Shown: piece after piece, positions 18,472 through 28,251 of the stretch | Layout: every line of letters starts with the position of its first letter | Numbering within the stretch: the stretch's first letter is position 1 | Source: PVC group bacterium | Lineage (GTDB): Bacteria; Auribacterota; Erginobacteria; Erginobacterales; Erginobacteraceae | Assembly: GCA_043804695.1 (NCBI GenBank) | Contig: JAZDIV010000040.1 | Span: 1-47,483 of the forward strand | Direction of reading: 5' to 3' | DNA length: 47,483 bases | Position numbers and translations under genes: made by a program | Notes under the pieces: model-generated | Databases searched by the model: none | Seen by the model: only the letters and a program-made list of their open reading frames with translations | Told to the model about the DNA's origin: nothing

Positions 18472-19506
18472 ATGCTGGACCTTGAAAAACTGGAACACAT
18501 TCTAAAGGAGCACCCCCCCTACCGGCAACGGCAGGCCAAAGAGGCGGTCTTCCGGCATCTCGACAGCTCGTGGAAAGAGGCGACCGCGCTCCCGAAAGAC
18601 CTGCGGGAGGTCCTGGAGCGGGAGTGCCCGCTCGTGATCGACTCCGCACTGACGGAAGCCGCCGACCGGAAAACGCTGAAGGGAGCAATCCGGCTCGCGG
18701 ACGACGAGACGATAGAAACGGTCCTGATGCGCCACCGGGGAGACCGGAACACGGTCTGCGTCTCCACCCAGGCCGGGTGCGGTCTCGCCTGCGATTTCTG
18801 CCTGACCGGGGACAGGGGATTCGTCCGGAACCTGACGGCGGGGGAGATCGCCGGGCAGGTCGTTCTCTTCGCCCGGTATCTCAAGCCCGCGGATCAGCGG
18901 GTCAACAACGTGGTCTTCATGGGGATGGGGGAGCCGTTTCTCAACTATGACGCCGTCCTGGCGGCGATCCGGATTCTCAACAACCGGGACGGTTTGAATA
19001 TCGGCGCCCGGAAAATCTCCATCTCCACGGTCGGCGTCGTCGAGGGGATCGACCGGCTGGCCGGCGGGACGCTCCAGGTTAACCTCTCGCTCTCGCTCCA
19101 CGCCCCCGACGATGCATTGCGGGGACGTTTGATGCCGATAAACAAAACCTATCCGATCGGAGATATCCTGCGGGCGACCGCCCGGTACATCGACCGGACG
19201 GGACGGCGGGTGATGATCGAGTACCTTCTCCTGGGGGGCGTCAATGATTCCCCGGATGACGCGCAGAAGCTGGCCTCCCTCTTAAAAAGACACCTTGACC
19301 GTCTCTTCTTCGTCAACCTCATCGCCTACAACCCGACCGGGAAATACTCCCCGTCGCCGGCCCGGGCGGCCGGGGAGTTCGCCCGGGCGCTGGAGAGGGA
19401 CGGGATCCGAGCGACCCGGAGATACCGGTTCGGGCGGGAGATCAAGGCCGCCTGCGGCCAGCTGGCGGGGGAAGGGAAACAGCACCCCGGAGAGGACGGC
19501 GCCTGA
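18472..19506 (+). CDS. rlmN: 23S rRNA m2A2503/tRNA methyltransferase RlmN
   Basis: CVSTQAGCGLACDFC, VFMGMGEP, SLHAP, IKAACGQL. ATG 18472 preferred over 18406. Confidence 0.95.
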   Translation: MLDLEKLEHILKEHPPYRQRQAKEAVFRHLDSSWKEATALPKDLREVLERECPLVIDSALTEAADRKTLKGAIRLADDETIETVLMRHRGDRNTVCVSTQAGCGLACDFCLTGDRGFVRNLTAGEIAGQVVLFARYLKPADQRVNNVVFMGMGEPFLNYDAVLAAIRILNNRDGLNIGARKISISTVGVVEGIDRLAGGTLQVNLSLSLHAPDDALRGRLMPINKTYPIGDILRATARYIDRTGRRVMIEYLLLGGVNDSPDDAQKLASLLKRHLDRLFFVNLIAYNPTGKYSPSPARAAGEFARALERDGIRATRRYRFGREIKAACGQLAGEGKQHPGEDGA

Positions 19507-19601
19507 GCGCCGGCGCGGATGACTCCCCGGCGGTTTCCCCTTGCTTTTCCGCCCGGATTATGCGACTGTGCGATGACCCGCCGCGACGGCGGATAACACG
19601 G

Positions 19602-20708
19602 ATGAAGACCATGGAAGAGAAAACAGGGACCACCCGGCAGATGATGAAAGCATCCCCGCTGATCACCTATCCCCTCCTCTTCATCTCCGGGGTTATTTTT
19701 ATGGCCGTCCTCAGCCTCCTGAAATCAATCTTCATCCCCTTCGCGCTCGCGATCTTTCTCTCCTACATCCTCTACCCGGCCGTCATCCTGCTGACCAGGA
19801 TAAAAATCCCTTACGGGATCGCGGTCACCATCGTCCTCATCCTCTTTTTGGGCGTATTTCTGGCGGTCGGGGTGATCATCGGCGGCGAGATCAGCGATTT
19901 TATTCAGGCGGTCCCGCAGTATCAGCAGACGCTGAAGTATCACCTGGGGCGGGCGCTCGCGGCTTACAGCAGCCTGGTGGAACGTTTCGCGGCGGCGCTG
20001 CCGGGGGAACCGGTCCCCAGCCAGGCTTCCGGGAACACCGCCTCCCTCCTCTCCGGGATCATCGGCAATCTCTTCTCCGGTCTTCTCTCCGTCTTCTCCA
20101 TCATTTCCGATTTCATCCTCATCTTCTTTATCCTGGTCTTCCTCCTGGCCGGCGCGAAGGATTTCAAGAAAAAGCTCACCACCGCCTGGGGGACCGGGGA
20201 AGAGGACCGGGCAGGGTCGATCGTGAAAGCGATCAACGAGGGGATCGGCGGATACATCATCATTCGCTCGACGATCAACCTAGGGCTGGCGTTCGTGGTG
20301 ACGATCGTCCTGCTCATTTTTGACATCGATTACGCCTACATCTGGGGACCCTTAACCGGGATACTCAATTTCATCCCTTACATAGGGGCCTTCCTGGCAC
20401 TGATCGGGCCGATCGTGGTCGCCCTCTTCCAGCATAACTCATACTGGACGGCCATCTTCTTACTCCTGACCATCGTCCTCATCCAGAATGTCGAGGGCAA
20501 TATTCTCACCCCCTTCTTTATCGGGAAGAGAGTGAATCTCAACCCGCTGGCCGTGCTGCTGGGACTGATCCTCTGGGGGTTTGTCTGGGGGCCGGTGGGG
20601 ATGATCCTGGCCACCCCCCTGACCACCTGCTTCAAAATCCTCTGCAATCACGTTGAACCGCTGAAGCCGATCGGGAGCCTCCTCGGCAGCAACGTAAAAG
20701 AGGGCTGA
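19602..20708 (+). CDS. AI-2E family transporter
   Basis: LNFIPYIG, EGNILTP..IG..VNLNP, WGPVGMILATP. Start uncertain (19560-19643). Confidence 0.9.
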   Translation: MKTMEEKTGTTRQMMKASPLITYPLLFISGVIFMAVLSLLKSIFIPFALAIFLSYILYPAVILLTRIKIPYGIAVTIVLILFLGVFLAVGVIIGGEISDFIQAVPQYQQTLKYHLGRALAAYSSLVERFAAALPGEPVPSQASGNTASLLSGIIGNLFSGLLSVFSIISDFILIFFILVFLLAGAKDFKKKLTTAWGTGEEDRAGSIVKAINEGIGGYIIIRSTINLGLAFVVTIVLLIFDIDYAYIWGPLTGILNFIPYIGAFLALIGPIVVALFQHNSYWTAIFLLLTIVLIQNVEGNILTPFFIGKRVNLNPLAVLLGLILWGFVWGPVGMILATPLTTCFKILCNHVEPLKPIGSLLGSNVKEG

Positions 20709-20712
20709 AGAC

Positions 20713-21411
20713 CTGAAAATAAAAAAAACAGCCCTGATCCTGACCGCGACTACCATCATCTCCCTCATCTACTTCCTGGTGGGGAACCCTTCCTTCTACG
20801 AAAGATACCTGGGGAGCTTCACCGAAGGGGGAACGTTCGGGTTCCTGGCTCCCAGCCTCTACCAGTTCGCGGTCACGCTGATCCTTTTCTTCTTCCTCCC
20901 GATCCTGATCATCAAGAACGCCTTCCACGAAAAACCCGGGGATTACGGGTGGCAGGTCGGCGACCGGAAGGCCGGCTGGCTCTCTCTAACCTGGGGGGTG
21001 CCCCTCGTCCTGGCCATGGCCTGGCTGTCGTCCGGGCAGCCCGCCTTCCGCGATCAGTATCCGCTCTTCATCTCCCGCCTCGATGACTTTCCCCTGAAAG
21101 GTCAGAATATCACCGTCTTTATCCTCTACGAGTTCACCTACATCTTTTATTACATCGGGTGGGAGTTCTTCTTCCGGGGGTTCGTTCTTTTCGGGCTGCA
21201 AGGCCGTCTGGGGGTCATCGGGGCGCTTCTCTTCCAGGCGGTCATATCCACGCTCCTGCACGCCTCCAAACCTCTCCCGGAACTGATCGCGGCCTTCCCG
21301 GGAGGGGTCATCTTCGGCCTGGTGGTCCTCCGCTGCCGGTCGCTCCGCTCCGTGATCTTCGCCCACTGGCTGCTCGGCTTCTCCCTCGACTTGTTTATTT
21401 TGCTCCGTTAA
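20713..21411 (+). CDS. CPBP (CAAX/Abi) family intramembrane metalloprotease
   Basis: WEFFFRG, LLHASKPLPE, AHWLL. Reading frame extends upstream of GTG 20779 through a hydrophobic helix. Confidence 0.85.
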   Translation: MKIKKTALILTATTIISLIYFLVGNPSFYERYLGSFTEGGTFGFLAPSLYQFAVTLILFFFLPILIIKNAFHEKPGDYGWQVGDRKAGWLSLTWGVPLVLAMAWLSSGQPAFRDQYPLFISRLDDFPLKGQNITVFILYEFTYIFYYIGWEFFFRGFVLFGLQGRLGVIGALLFQAVISTLLHASKPLPELIAAFPGGVIFGLVVLRCRSLRSVIFAHWLLGFSLDLFILLR

Positions 21412-21586
21412 CACCTCTCGTATCCCGGTTTTTATTCACCCAACCTCATTCTCTTTTTCAGACGGATCGGTCGGATCGGACAGATCAGGCGGATTATTTC
21501 CCTCGGAGCAAAGCGGCACCGGCATAAGCCGGTTTACGGGCGTTGCGGGGTGGAGTCCTTCGTGGTAGTATAACTGATCATATCCC

Positions 21587-22519
21587 ATGCAGATCTCCCG
21601 ATATAACCGGATCTCGGAATGGCTGATCGTCGCCTACCTGGCCTTTCTCTCGATCTTCATTCTCACCTTCAGGGGATTCATCACCGCCTGGCTGCCGCTC
21701 CTGGCCGCCCAGGCGGCAGCCGGGACGGTTCTGATCGTGCTGGTGAAAGTGCAGAGCACCCGCCCGGATCAGCCGGTCCTCCGCGTGATCAGGAATTGGC
21801 TCCCCCTCCCCTACATCCTCTTCGGCTACAAGATGGTTCACTTCCTCATCAACAGCGACCGGAATCCGGGTTTCATGACCATTCGGGATGGGTGGCTGAT
21901 CGCCGCCGACCGCTATCTTTTTGGTGGCGACCCGACGGTCTGGCTCCAGCGGATCACCGATCCCTGGCTGACCGAGCTGATGCAGATCGTCTATGCCGCA
22001 AACTACTTTCTCCCCCTGATCCTGGTCCTGGCGCTCTATCTGAAGAGGGAGAGGATACCCTTCCAGCAGTCCGTCTTCGTCATCACCCTGGGGTACTTCC
22101 TCTCCTTTCTCGGGTACTTCATCATCCCGGCCATCGGCCCCCGCTTCACCATTCTCCACCGGGTCCCCCTCCAGGGGGTCTTCATCCGGGAGACGCTGGA
22201 GCGGCTTAACTACTGCCTGGACTCCTGCCCCCGGGACTGTTTCCCCTCCGGGCACACCGAGATCCCCCTGCTCACGCTCTGGCTGGCGTCTCGCTTTCAA
22301 CGGGGGCTGTTCCGGGTCTATCTTCCGATCGTGGCCGTCCTAGTCTGTTCGACCGTCTATCTCCGCTACCACTACGTCGTCGACGTGCTGGCGGGGATGG
22401 CGCTGGCCGGAATTGTGATCGTGCTGGCGAAGAAAGCGGAGAGGAGGATGGGGAAAAGAAGATCGAACGTTCAACCTCCAACCTTGAAGAATGACGAAAG
22501 AAATCTTAAATCCCAATGA
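21587..22519 (+). CDS. PAP2 superfamily membrane phosphoesterase/phosphotransferase (Aur1/Ipt1-like)
   Basis: PAIGPR, CFPSGHT, RYHYVVDVLAG. Confidence 0.9.
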   Translation: MQISRYNRISEWLIVAYLAFLSIFILTFRGFITAWLPLLAAQAAAGTVLIVLVKVQSTRPDQPVLRVIRNWLPLPYILFGYKMVHFLINSDRNPGFMTIRDGWLIAADRYLFGGDPTVWLQRITDPWLTELMQIVYAANYFLPLILVLALYLKRERIPFQQSVFVITLGYFLSFLGYFIIPAIGPRFTILHRVPLQGVFIRETLERLNYCLDSCPRDCFPSGHTEIPLLTLWLASRFQRGLFRVYLPIVAVLVCSTVYLRYHYVVDVLAGMALAGIVIVLAKKAERRMGKRRSNVQPPTLKNDERNLKSQ

Positions 22520-22597
22520 CCAGAGTACGACCGCGATAACTATCAAAGAAATCAGAGTAATCAGGTGCTATTAGTCAGTCCATAATTGTATGGACAT

Positions 22598-22702
22598 GTC
22601 ATTGCGAGGAGCGGAGCGACGAAGCAATCTCAACTCTATGCACAGCAAGAGATTGCTTCCCGCCACGCTTTGCTCGCGGCTTCGGCTGGCGCTCGCAATG
22701 AC
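22598..22702. repeat. Second copy of the GTCATTGCGAG...CTCGCAATGAC palindromic element
   Basis: Same termini and GAAGCAATCTC/GAGATTGCTTC core as 2173-2251. Confidence 0.85.
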
Positions 22703-22868
22703 CGCGATCCTTGATGTAAATCCTACAACGGTCGGATTAATAACAATCCGGGGGCGAGGCGGGGGGACAAAAGATAAACATCGACCGTTCAACGCTCAAC
22801 TTTAAATTGCGCGGATCGGCCGCACCGTTACACCGTGCAACCGAATAACATTTTTTCCCGGAAGAATG

Positions 22869-24005
22869 TTATTCGATGATCAGGGGGTACTGTTTATCGT
22901 AATCCCCGACCTCGAGGGCGACCGTTTCACCGTCCAGAAGCCTAAAACCGGCTTCTCTCTCCACCCGCCCCCCGTCGATCTCCTGGTAAGCTTTCGGGGC
23001 CCGAGTGACAAACCCCCCGAAAGGAGTGAGCACGATCAGGTCGCCCTCCGGCTTGATCTCCAGATCGTCCGCGCCGACGTACCGGAAAACCAGCCGGGAG
23101 GGATCGGCCCCGGGGAGAACGGTATAGAGCTGCCGGAGATTAGCGCCCTCGAAGTAGCACTTGACATCAATCCCCGGGTAGAGATCGCGGTAGAACACCT
23201 CCTCCAGGGTGGGGATGTTGCTCCGCCAGTTCTCCTTTGATCCGATAAAGTAATTGATCTTCCCGGGGAGCTCCCGTGCCCCCTCCAGCCGGGCGGCCGG
23301 GCCGGGATCCCGGAACTGCTGCCGGAAGACCAGCCGGGTGAATGACCGGTTCTCCTCCCGGTCATCCCCGGGCCGGACCGGTCCGCCGCCTTCTTTTTCC
23401 TCTTCCTCTTCATCCGGGGGGTTCTTCTGGAGGAAGTCAAAGACCACCTCGGTGTCGGTCAGGTAAACCGTCCCCCGCGGGCCCTTGACGTAGTACCTGA
23501 CCGCCCCGTCCAGCTGACCATCGTTGCGGATGAAATAAGGCGGCACCGTGCCGTAGGAGGCGGAGGCCGGCGCGGGCGGAGGAGCGGCGGGAGCAGATGC
23601 CGCCGGTTCCGGTTCGGCCGCGATCACCGGCGGTTCGATCGCCGGGGGCGGGGCCACGATGACCGTTTCAACCGTTTCGGCGACACGCGCCTCCTCCTCG
23701 GTCCGGGGCGCTGTTTCGGCCGGGGGCGGGACGGAAGCGGAGGCGGGCATCCGTGTCTTCCTGCCGCGGGGACGATAGATCGCCGAAGCCGGGCGGTCGC
23801 GGAAGGGGCGCTCAGTCGCTGCGGCGTCGCCCCGGACCACGATCTCCCCGGTGACGGCGAAGACCGCCACCCCCGTTCCTCCCCGGGAAGCCGGAGCTGC
23901 CGCCCCCGGGCGGCGGGAGGCGGACCACTGGGCAGCAAGTCCACTCGCGGGTAACGCAATGACGCCGACCATAAGAAACAATCCTGTAATATATATTCGT
24001 TTCAC
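22869..24005 (-). CDS. Secreted protein: Pro/Ala-rich linker plus a DUF7948-like domain (normally N-terminal to SBBP repeats)
   Basis: SD AAAGGAG plus GTG, signal peptide, FIRNDGQ, PGKINYFIG...W, YRDLYPGID, PGADPS, PKAYQ, YDKQYPLII. Confidence 0.75.
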   Translation of the reverse strand: MKRIYITGLFLMVGVIALPASGLAAQWSASRRPGAAAPASRGGTGVAVFAVTGEIVVRGDAAATERPFRDRPASAIYRPRGRKTRMPASASVPPPAETAPRTEEEARVAETVETVIVAPPPAIEPPVIAAEPEPAASAPAAPPPAPASASYGTVPPYFIRNDGQLDGAVRYYVKGPRGTVYLTDTEVVFDFLQKNPPDEEEEEKEGGGPVRPGDDREENRSFTRLVFRQQFRDPGPAARLEGARELPGKINYFIGSKENWRSNIPTLEEVFYRDLYPGIDVKCYFEGANLRQLYTVLPGADPSRLVFRYVGADDLEIKPEGDLIVLTPFGGFVTRAPKAYQEIDGGRVEREAGFRLLDGETVALEVGDYDKQYPLIIE

Positions 24006-24021
24006 GTGGATTCTCCTTTCA

Positions 24022-24118
24022 ATAAATTAGCGCCTTCGGCGCTACTTTATACTGGCCCCCCGATTGAATCAATCGAGGGGGCTGTTGGTTAATTAAAATA
24101 TTTTCACTGAGGCAACAT
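24022..24118 (+). repeat. Structured intergenic element, copy B
   Basis: Backbone shared with 7443-7531. Confidence 0.75.
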
Positions 24119-24194
24119 GATAAAAAAGCCTTATAACCTCAGCCAATATTTACCCCATGAAATATAAATTATCAGTCGGCTTCAGATATACCGT

Positions 24195-24241
24195 TCTTAT
24201 TTTTTCTCCCCGATTGAATAAATCGGGGAGAAAAAATAAGA
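24195..24241. repeat. 21-bp perfect inverted repeat abutting a stop codon
   Basis: TCTTATTTTTTCTCCCCGATT-gaata-AATCGGGGAGAAAAAATAAGA. Confidence 0.9.
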
Positions 24242-25903
24242 TTATAGGCCCGATAATTCCTTGTTCTTCGGGTACTCCACGGTAAAGCCGAACTCGATGG
24301 TTTTCTTGCCGCCGGCGGGCACCGTCAGTTTCCAGCTCAGGATGCCGGGCTGCTCCCTGTCCGCAATTTTGACCGGCTCCGGGGCGGCCTTATCCAGCTC
24401 AACCGTGATCTCGGGACTCTGAGAGACCGGGATCTGATCGAAGACGGTGATCTCCGCGGGAGCGCTACGGAAGTTCTCCAGGGTAATCCGGAAGCTGTAC
24501 TGCTTGTACCCGGTGCCTCCTTTGAAGAGACCTCCCTTCTCGGTCGACTCCCCGACCAGTTCCCGCTCGATCTTGATATCCTCGTCGATCCCCAGGTAGA
24601 GGTCGTACTTTTCACCCGGGGCGACGGTCTCCAGGGAGGAGGTCCCCACGAAGTCGGGGCCCAGGAAGAGGTTGACCTTTCCGGCCAGGAGGGGGTACGC
24701 GGCCCGGTTCTGACAGCGCGCGGTCAGGTAGGCGTACTCCGCCAGCTTGGGTGTCGCAGTATAGAAAAACTCGGCCTTGATCTCCATCCGGTCAACCGAC
24801 ATGCCGTGGAAGGCACCGTCGGAAGGAATCTCCTGGCGGCGGGGGATCTCGAAGGTGACCGCCGCACCGGCCTTCTCGGCCCGTGCCTGATCGAAAGATA
24901 CCTCCATATCCTTCTCCTCGTCCATCCCCCGGACAGCGTACAAACCAGCCTCCGCCACCTCCATCGGGGGAGCGGCCGGAGCCCGACCCATAGAGTACGC
25001 GATACCCTTACTCCTTTCCGGCGGCTGGTAGATGCTTATATACCAGGGGGAGAGTTCTGCCGGCCGGCCGCCGATCGAGGGGCGGGCGGTGGAAAGGGCC
25101 AGGGAGACGTCCTTCCAGTCCTCCCCGGTCTTCTGGCGGACCTCGGCCCGGTAGGTAAAATCGACCAGGCCCCGGTCATGAACGGCCCGGGCGTCGTAAA
25201 CCGGGCGCCAGGTCGCCCCCCGGATCACGTAGGAGATCTCCAGCTTCAGGGTGGAAGGCCGGGCCGCCTCGACCGATACCGCGATCTCCTTCGCCTCCTT
25301 CGAGACAAAGGATTCGATCTGACTGAGCTTTTTCTCCAGAGCCTCGATCTTTTTTTCAAGCTCCCTCTTTTCCACCTTTAGCTTCCGTTCCTCCGCGAAG
25401 ACCGTCTGGGAGGACTGGCCGATGAATTCGATGACCTTGTTCCACTCCCCGGGCTGAGGTGAAGCCTGGAGCATCTCCACCGAGATCTTTTCCGGGACGG
25501 AGGACTGGATGGAGGCGATGAACTTTCTCTGCATCAGCAGGGTCTCCAACCCGTTGTCAATGGCGGCGCGGTCCTCTTTCAACCCCTCGATCTCCTCGGC
25601 GAGCTTATCCACCTCCTCCCGGCGGGGGTCGGTCAGGAAGGTCTTTCGCACCTCGGTCCCGGTAATGGTGACAGGGACCTCCGCCTGACCCGAGACCCGG
25701 ACGGAATCGTCCAGAAACCCCGGGGGAAGATCGGAGACGGTCACTTCCCCGGCGCCGGCCGGAAGAGAAACCTCACCGATCCGGGTCACCATCGCCCGGT
25801 CCTCGTATACCACCACCCGGGAGATCGTCGTCTCAATCTCCCCGGCCTTTAATTGAGGCAACATCAAGACCAACCCCATTAATGCAACGAATATCTTGTT
25901 CAT
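24242..25903 (-). CDS. MuiA-family (DUF4140 + DUF4139) secreted protein
   Basis: Signal peptide, VVVYEDRAMVTR, coiled coil, W.PVYD, Q.TGEDW..V.L.LSTARP, DQIPVS. Confidence 0.9.
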   Translation of the reverse strand: MNKIFVALMGLVLMLPQLKAGEIETTISRVVVYEDRAMVTRIGEVSLPAGAGEVTVSDLPPGFLDDSVRVSGQAEVPVTITGTEVRKTFLTDPRREEVDKLAEEIEGLKEDRAAIDNGLETLLMQRKFIASIQSSVPEKISVEMLQASPQPGEWNKVIEFIGQSSQTVFAEERKLKVEKRELEKKIEALEKKLSQIESFVSKEAKEIAVSVEAARPSTLKLEISYVIRGATWRPVYDARAVHDRGLVDFTYRAEVRQKTGEDWKDVSLALSTARPSIGGRPAELSPWYISIYQPPERSKGIAYSMGRAPAAPPMEVAEAGLYAVRGMDEEKDMEVSFDQARAEKAGAAVTFEIPRRQEIPSDGAFHGMSVDRMEIKAEFFYTATPKLAEYAYLTARCQNRAAYPLLAGKVNLFLGPDFVGTSSLETVAPGEKYDLYLGIDEDIKIERELVGESTEKGGLFKGGTGYKQYSFRITLENFRSAPAEITVFDQIPVSQSPEITVELDKAAPEPVKIADREQPGILSWKLTVPAGGKKTIEFGFTVEYPKNKELSGL

Positions 25904-26099
25904 AATTTTTCCCTTCGATTGAGCCCGGTAAAGTGGAACGACATCGAGACCCGCCCCTATATACGCTTGAGCCGGATCATTTGGGATCGAATAAGTTACG
26001 CAACCTTTTTTATTAGTAAAGTTGCAATCATGTAATTATAATATATCATCGAAATTGTAACAGTATAATTTTTCCGCAAAAAATTAGGAGGAAAAAGTA

Positions 26100-26948
26100 T
26101 TGATCTGGAGGGATCACAAACGTCTGGCGGCCCAGATGGCCGACGCGTTCAATCTCGGGAAATACCGGGATGCCCTGATCGATGGCTCGGTCGAGCCGGA
26201 CCGGAAACGGACCCTGACCCACACCTGGCCGAAAGCCCGGCGGACGGCCCGGGCCGGTCTCTACCGGGCCCGCCAGGCCTTCCTGAAGGGCAACCTGAAA
26301 CGCTGCGCCCGGTTCCTGGGCGTCGTCTCCCATCACATCGCCGACGGGATGGTCCACGAGACCATCGACACCTACCACCGGTCGAAGGAACATTCCCGGA
26401 TCGAGGACGAACTGGGGGACATGGTGGAGATATCCGCGCTGCCGGCGATCGATTCGGCCGGGGAAGGACTGGTGGACGGCGAGTTCGTCTTCGGGGAGAT
26501 CGACGCCCTGGTCCGGGAAGGGCTGGACAACAAACGCCTGGGAAGGGCGCTTTCCCTTCTCTGCAGCGCCGTTCTCAGCCCGCCGGAAGCCCCCGAGGAA
26601 CTGATCGAGACGCGGCGGCTCTTCGTCGAACGGATCAGCCGGCCGGCGATCAAAATCCTGGGCATCGCCGCGGCCGCGGCGGGTGCCGCCGGCGCGCTCA
26701 TTTTCCACGATCCCCTCTGGGTTCTCCTCCTCCCTTTTGCCTTCCTGGCGACCGGGAAGGCCGCCGTCTTCCGTCTTTTCGCCCGCTTCAGCTGGCTGCC
26801 GACGGCGACCGCTCTCGTCGGCCTCATCCATCTCTGGCCGGAGTGGGGGAAGTTGGTTCTGACCGCTATCCTGGCCGGTCTTTCCCTCTATCTCTTCACC
26901 TTCCCCGACTTGAGCAGGCTGAGCGAGAAGTGGTACCGAATAAATTAG
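26100..26948 (+). CDS. Zinc-dependent phospholipase C/P1-nuclease-fold protein with C-terminal TM helices
   Basis: SD AGGAGG plus TTG, W..H, GSVEPD, LGVVSHHIAD...H, H..IE. Confidence 0.7.
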   Translation: MIWRDHKRLAAQMADAFNLGKYRDALIDGSVEPDRKRTLTHTWPKARRTARAGLYRARQAFLKGNLKRCARFLGVVSHHIADGMVHETIDTYHRSKEHSRIEDELGDMVEISALPAIDSAGEGLVDGEFVFGEIDALVREGLDNKRLGRALSLLCSAVLSPPEAPEELIETRRLFVERISRPAIKILGIAAAAAGAAGALIFHDPLWVLLLPFAFLATGKAAVFRLFARFSWLPTATALVGLIHLWPEWGKLVLTAILAGLSLYLFTFPDLSRLSEKWYRIN

Positions 26949-26969
26949 CTCGCTTCGCGCGCTAATTTA
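26941..26969. repeat. TAAATTAGC...GCTAATTTA palindromic repeat overlapping a stop codon
   Basis: taaattagctcgcttcgcgcgctaattta. Its TAG is the stop of 26100-26948. Confidence 0.85.
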
Positions 26970-27003
26970 TTCTATTAATCATTGCGCAAAGCGCAAGGTT
27001 CAT

Positions 27004-28251
27004 ATGAATCAACAGGAAGACAAGATCAAGAGTCTGATCAACAGGGGAGTTCGGATACTCCGGCCGGAGACGGTGGAGATCGGGGAAGAGGTTGATCCGG
27101 ACCGGATCTCGAAAGAAAGGGTCACCGTCTATCCCGGCTGCCGGATCTACGGGGAGGACACCCTGATCATGGCCGGCGCCGCCCTCGGATTGGAGGGGCC
27201 CGCCACCATCGTCAACTGCCGGATCGGCCCGGGGGTGGAACTGCGGGGAGGCTTCTTCAAACAGTCGGTTTTCCTGGAGCGGGCCTCCCTGGGCTCCGGA
27301 GCCCAGATCCGGGAAGGCTGCCTCCTGGAAGAAGAATCCGGCGGCGCCCACTCGATCGGGCTCAAGCAGACCATCCTCCTCCCCTTCGTCACGCTGGGGA
27401 GCCTGATCAACTTCTGCGACTGCCTGATGGCGGGGGGGACCAGCCGGAAAGACCACAGCGAGGTGGGCAGCTCCTTCATCCACTTCAACTACACCCCCAA
27501 CCAGGACAAGGCCACCGCCTCTCTGATCGGCGACGTACCCCGGGGGGTGATGCTGAACCAGCCGCCGATCTTCCTCGGCGGCCAGGGGGGACTGGTCGGA
27601 CCCGTCCGGATCGGCTACGGCACGGTGACCGCCGCCGGGACCATCCTGCGCAAGGGCGTGCCCGAAGGGGGAAAACTGATCTGCGAGGCAGGGCGAGACC
27701 GGGAGTTCCCCTTTTATCCCGGCCTCTACCGGGAGATTCGGGAGAAGACGGCGAACAACCTCCTTTACATCGCCAACCTCTTCGCCCTCCGCCGCTGGTA
27801 CCTCGAGGTCCGCTCCCTTTTTCTGGCCGGGGAACGGCCGGGAGAAGCGCTTCACCGGGGGGCGGTGAAGATCCTGGAGACGGCGATCGAGGAGCGGATC
27901 CGGCGCCTCCGGGAACTGGCCGGGAAGATGGATCGTTCGGCCGAGCTCTTCGAACAGACGGCGGAGGGGGACACCTCCGACCGCCTCCTCGCCCAGAAAC
28001 GGGAGCTGGCCGCCCGCTGGGGGGAAGTGGAGGAGGCGCTCCAGGCGGGGGGCGCGGTGGAAGGCGACCGCGGAGAGCGCGATGCTTTCCTGGTTGAAGC
28101 GGAGCGCGGCCGGAAGGATGCCGGGGGGGATTACCTGAAAACGATCAAGACCCTGAAACCCGCCGCCGCCGCGGGCGGGACCCGCTGGCTGGAGAGCATC
28201 GTGGTCGAGATCAGCCGCCGGGCGCTTGACCCGCTCCCCTCTTTCCGGTGA
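27004..28251 (+). CDS. GlmU-related protein: left-handed beta-helix half only, plus C-terminal helical domain
   Basis: By eye follows the GlmU C-terminal half (GV.I..P, HFNYTPNQDK...IGD, LVGPVRIG.G..AAGT). No LAAG.GTRM uridylyltransferase domain. Confidence 0.75.
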   Translation: MNQQEDKIKSLINRGVRILRPETVEIGEEVDPDRISKERVTVYPGCRIYGEDTLIMAGAALGLEGPATIVNCRIGPGVELRGGFFKQSVFLERASLGSGAQIREGCLLEEESGGAHSIGLKQTILLPFVTLGSLINFCDCLMAGGTSRKDHSEVGSSFIHFNYTPNQDKATASLIGDVPRGVMLNQPPIFLGGQGGLVGPVRIGYGTVTAAGTILRKGVPEGGKLICEAGRDREFPFYPGLYREIREKTANNLLYIANLFALRRWYLEVRSLFLAGERPGEALHRGAVKILETAIEERIRRLRELAGKMDRSAELFEQTAEGDTSDRLLAQKRELAARWGEVEEALQAGGAVEGDRGERDAFLVEAERGRKDAGGDYLKTIKTLKPAAAAGGTRWLESIVVEISRRALDPLPSFR

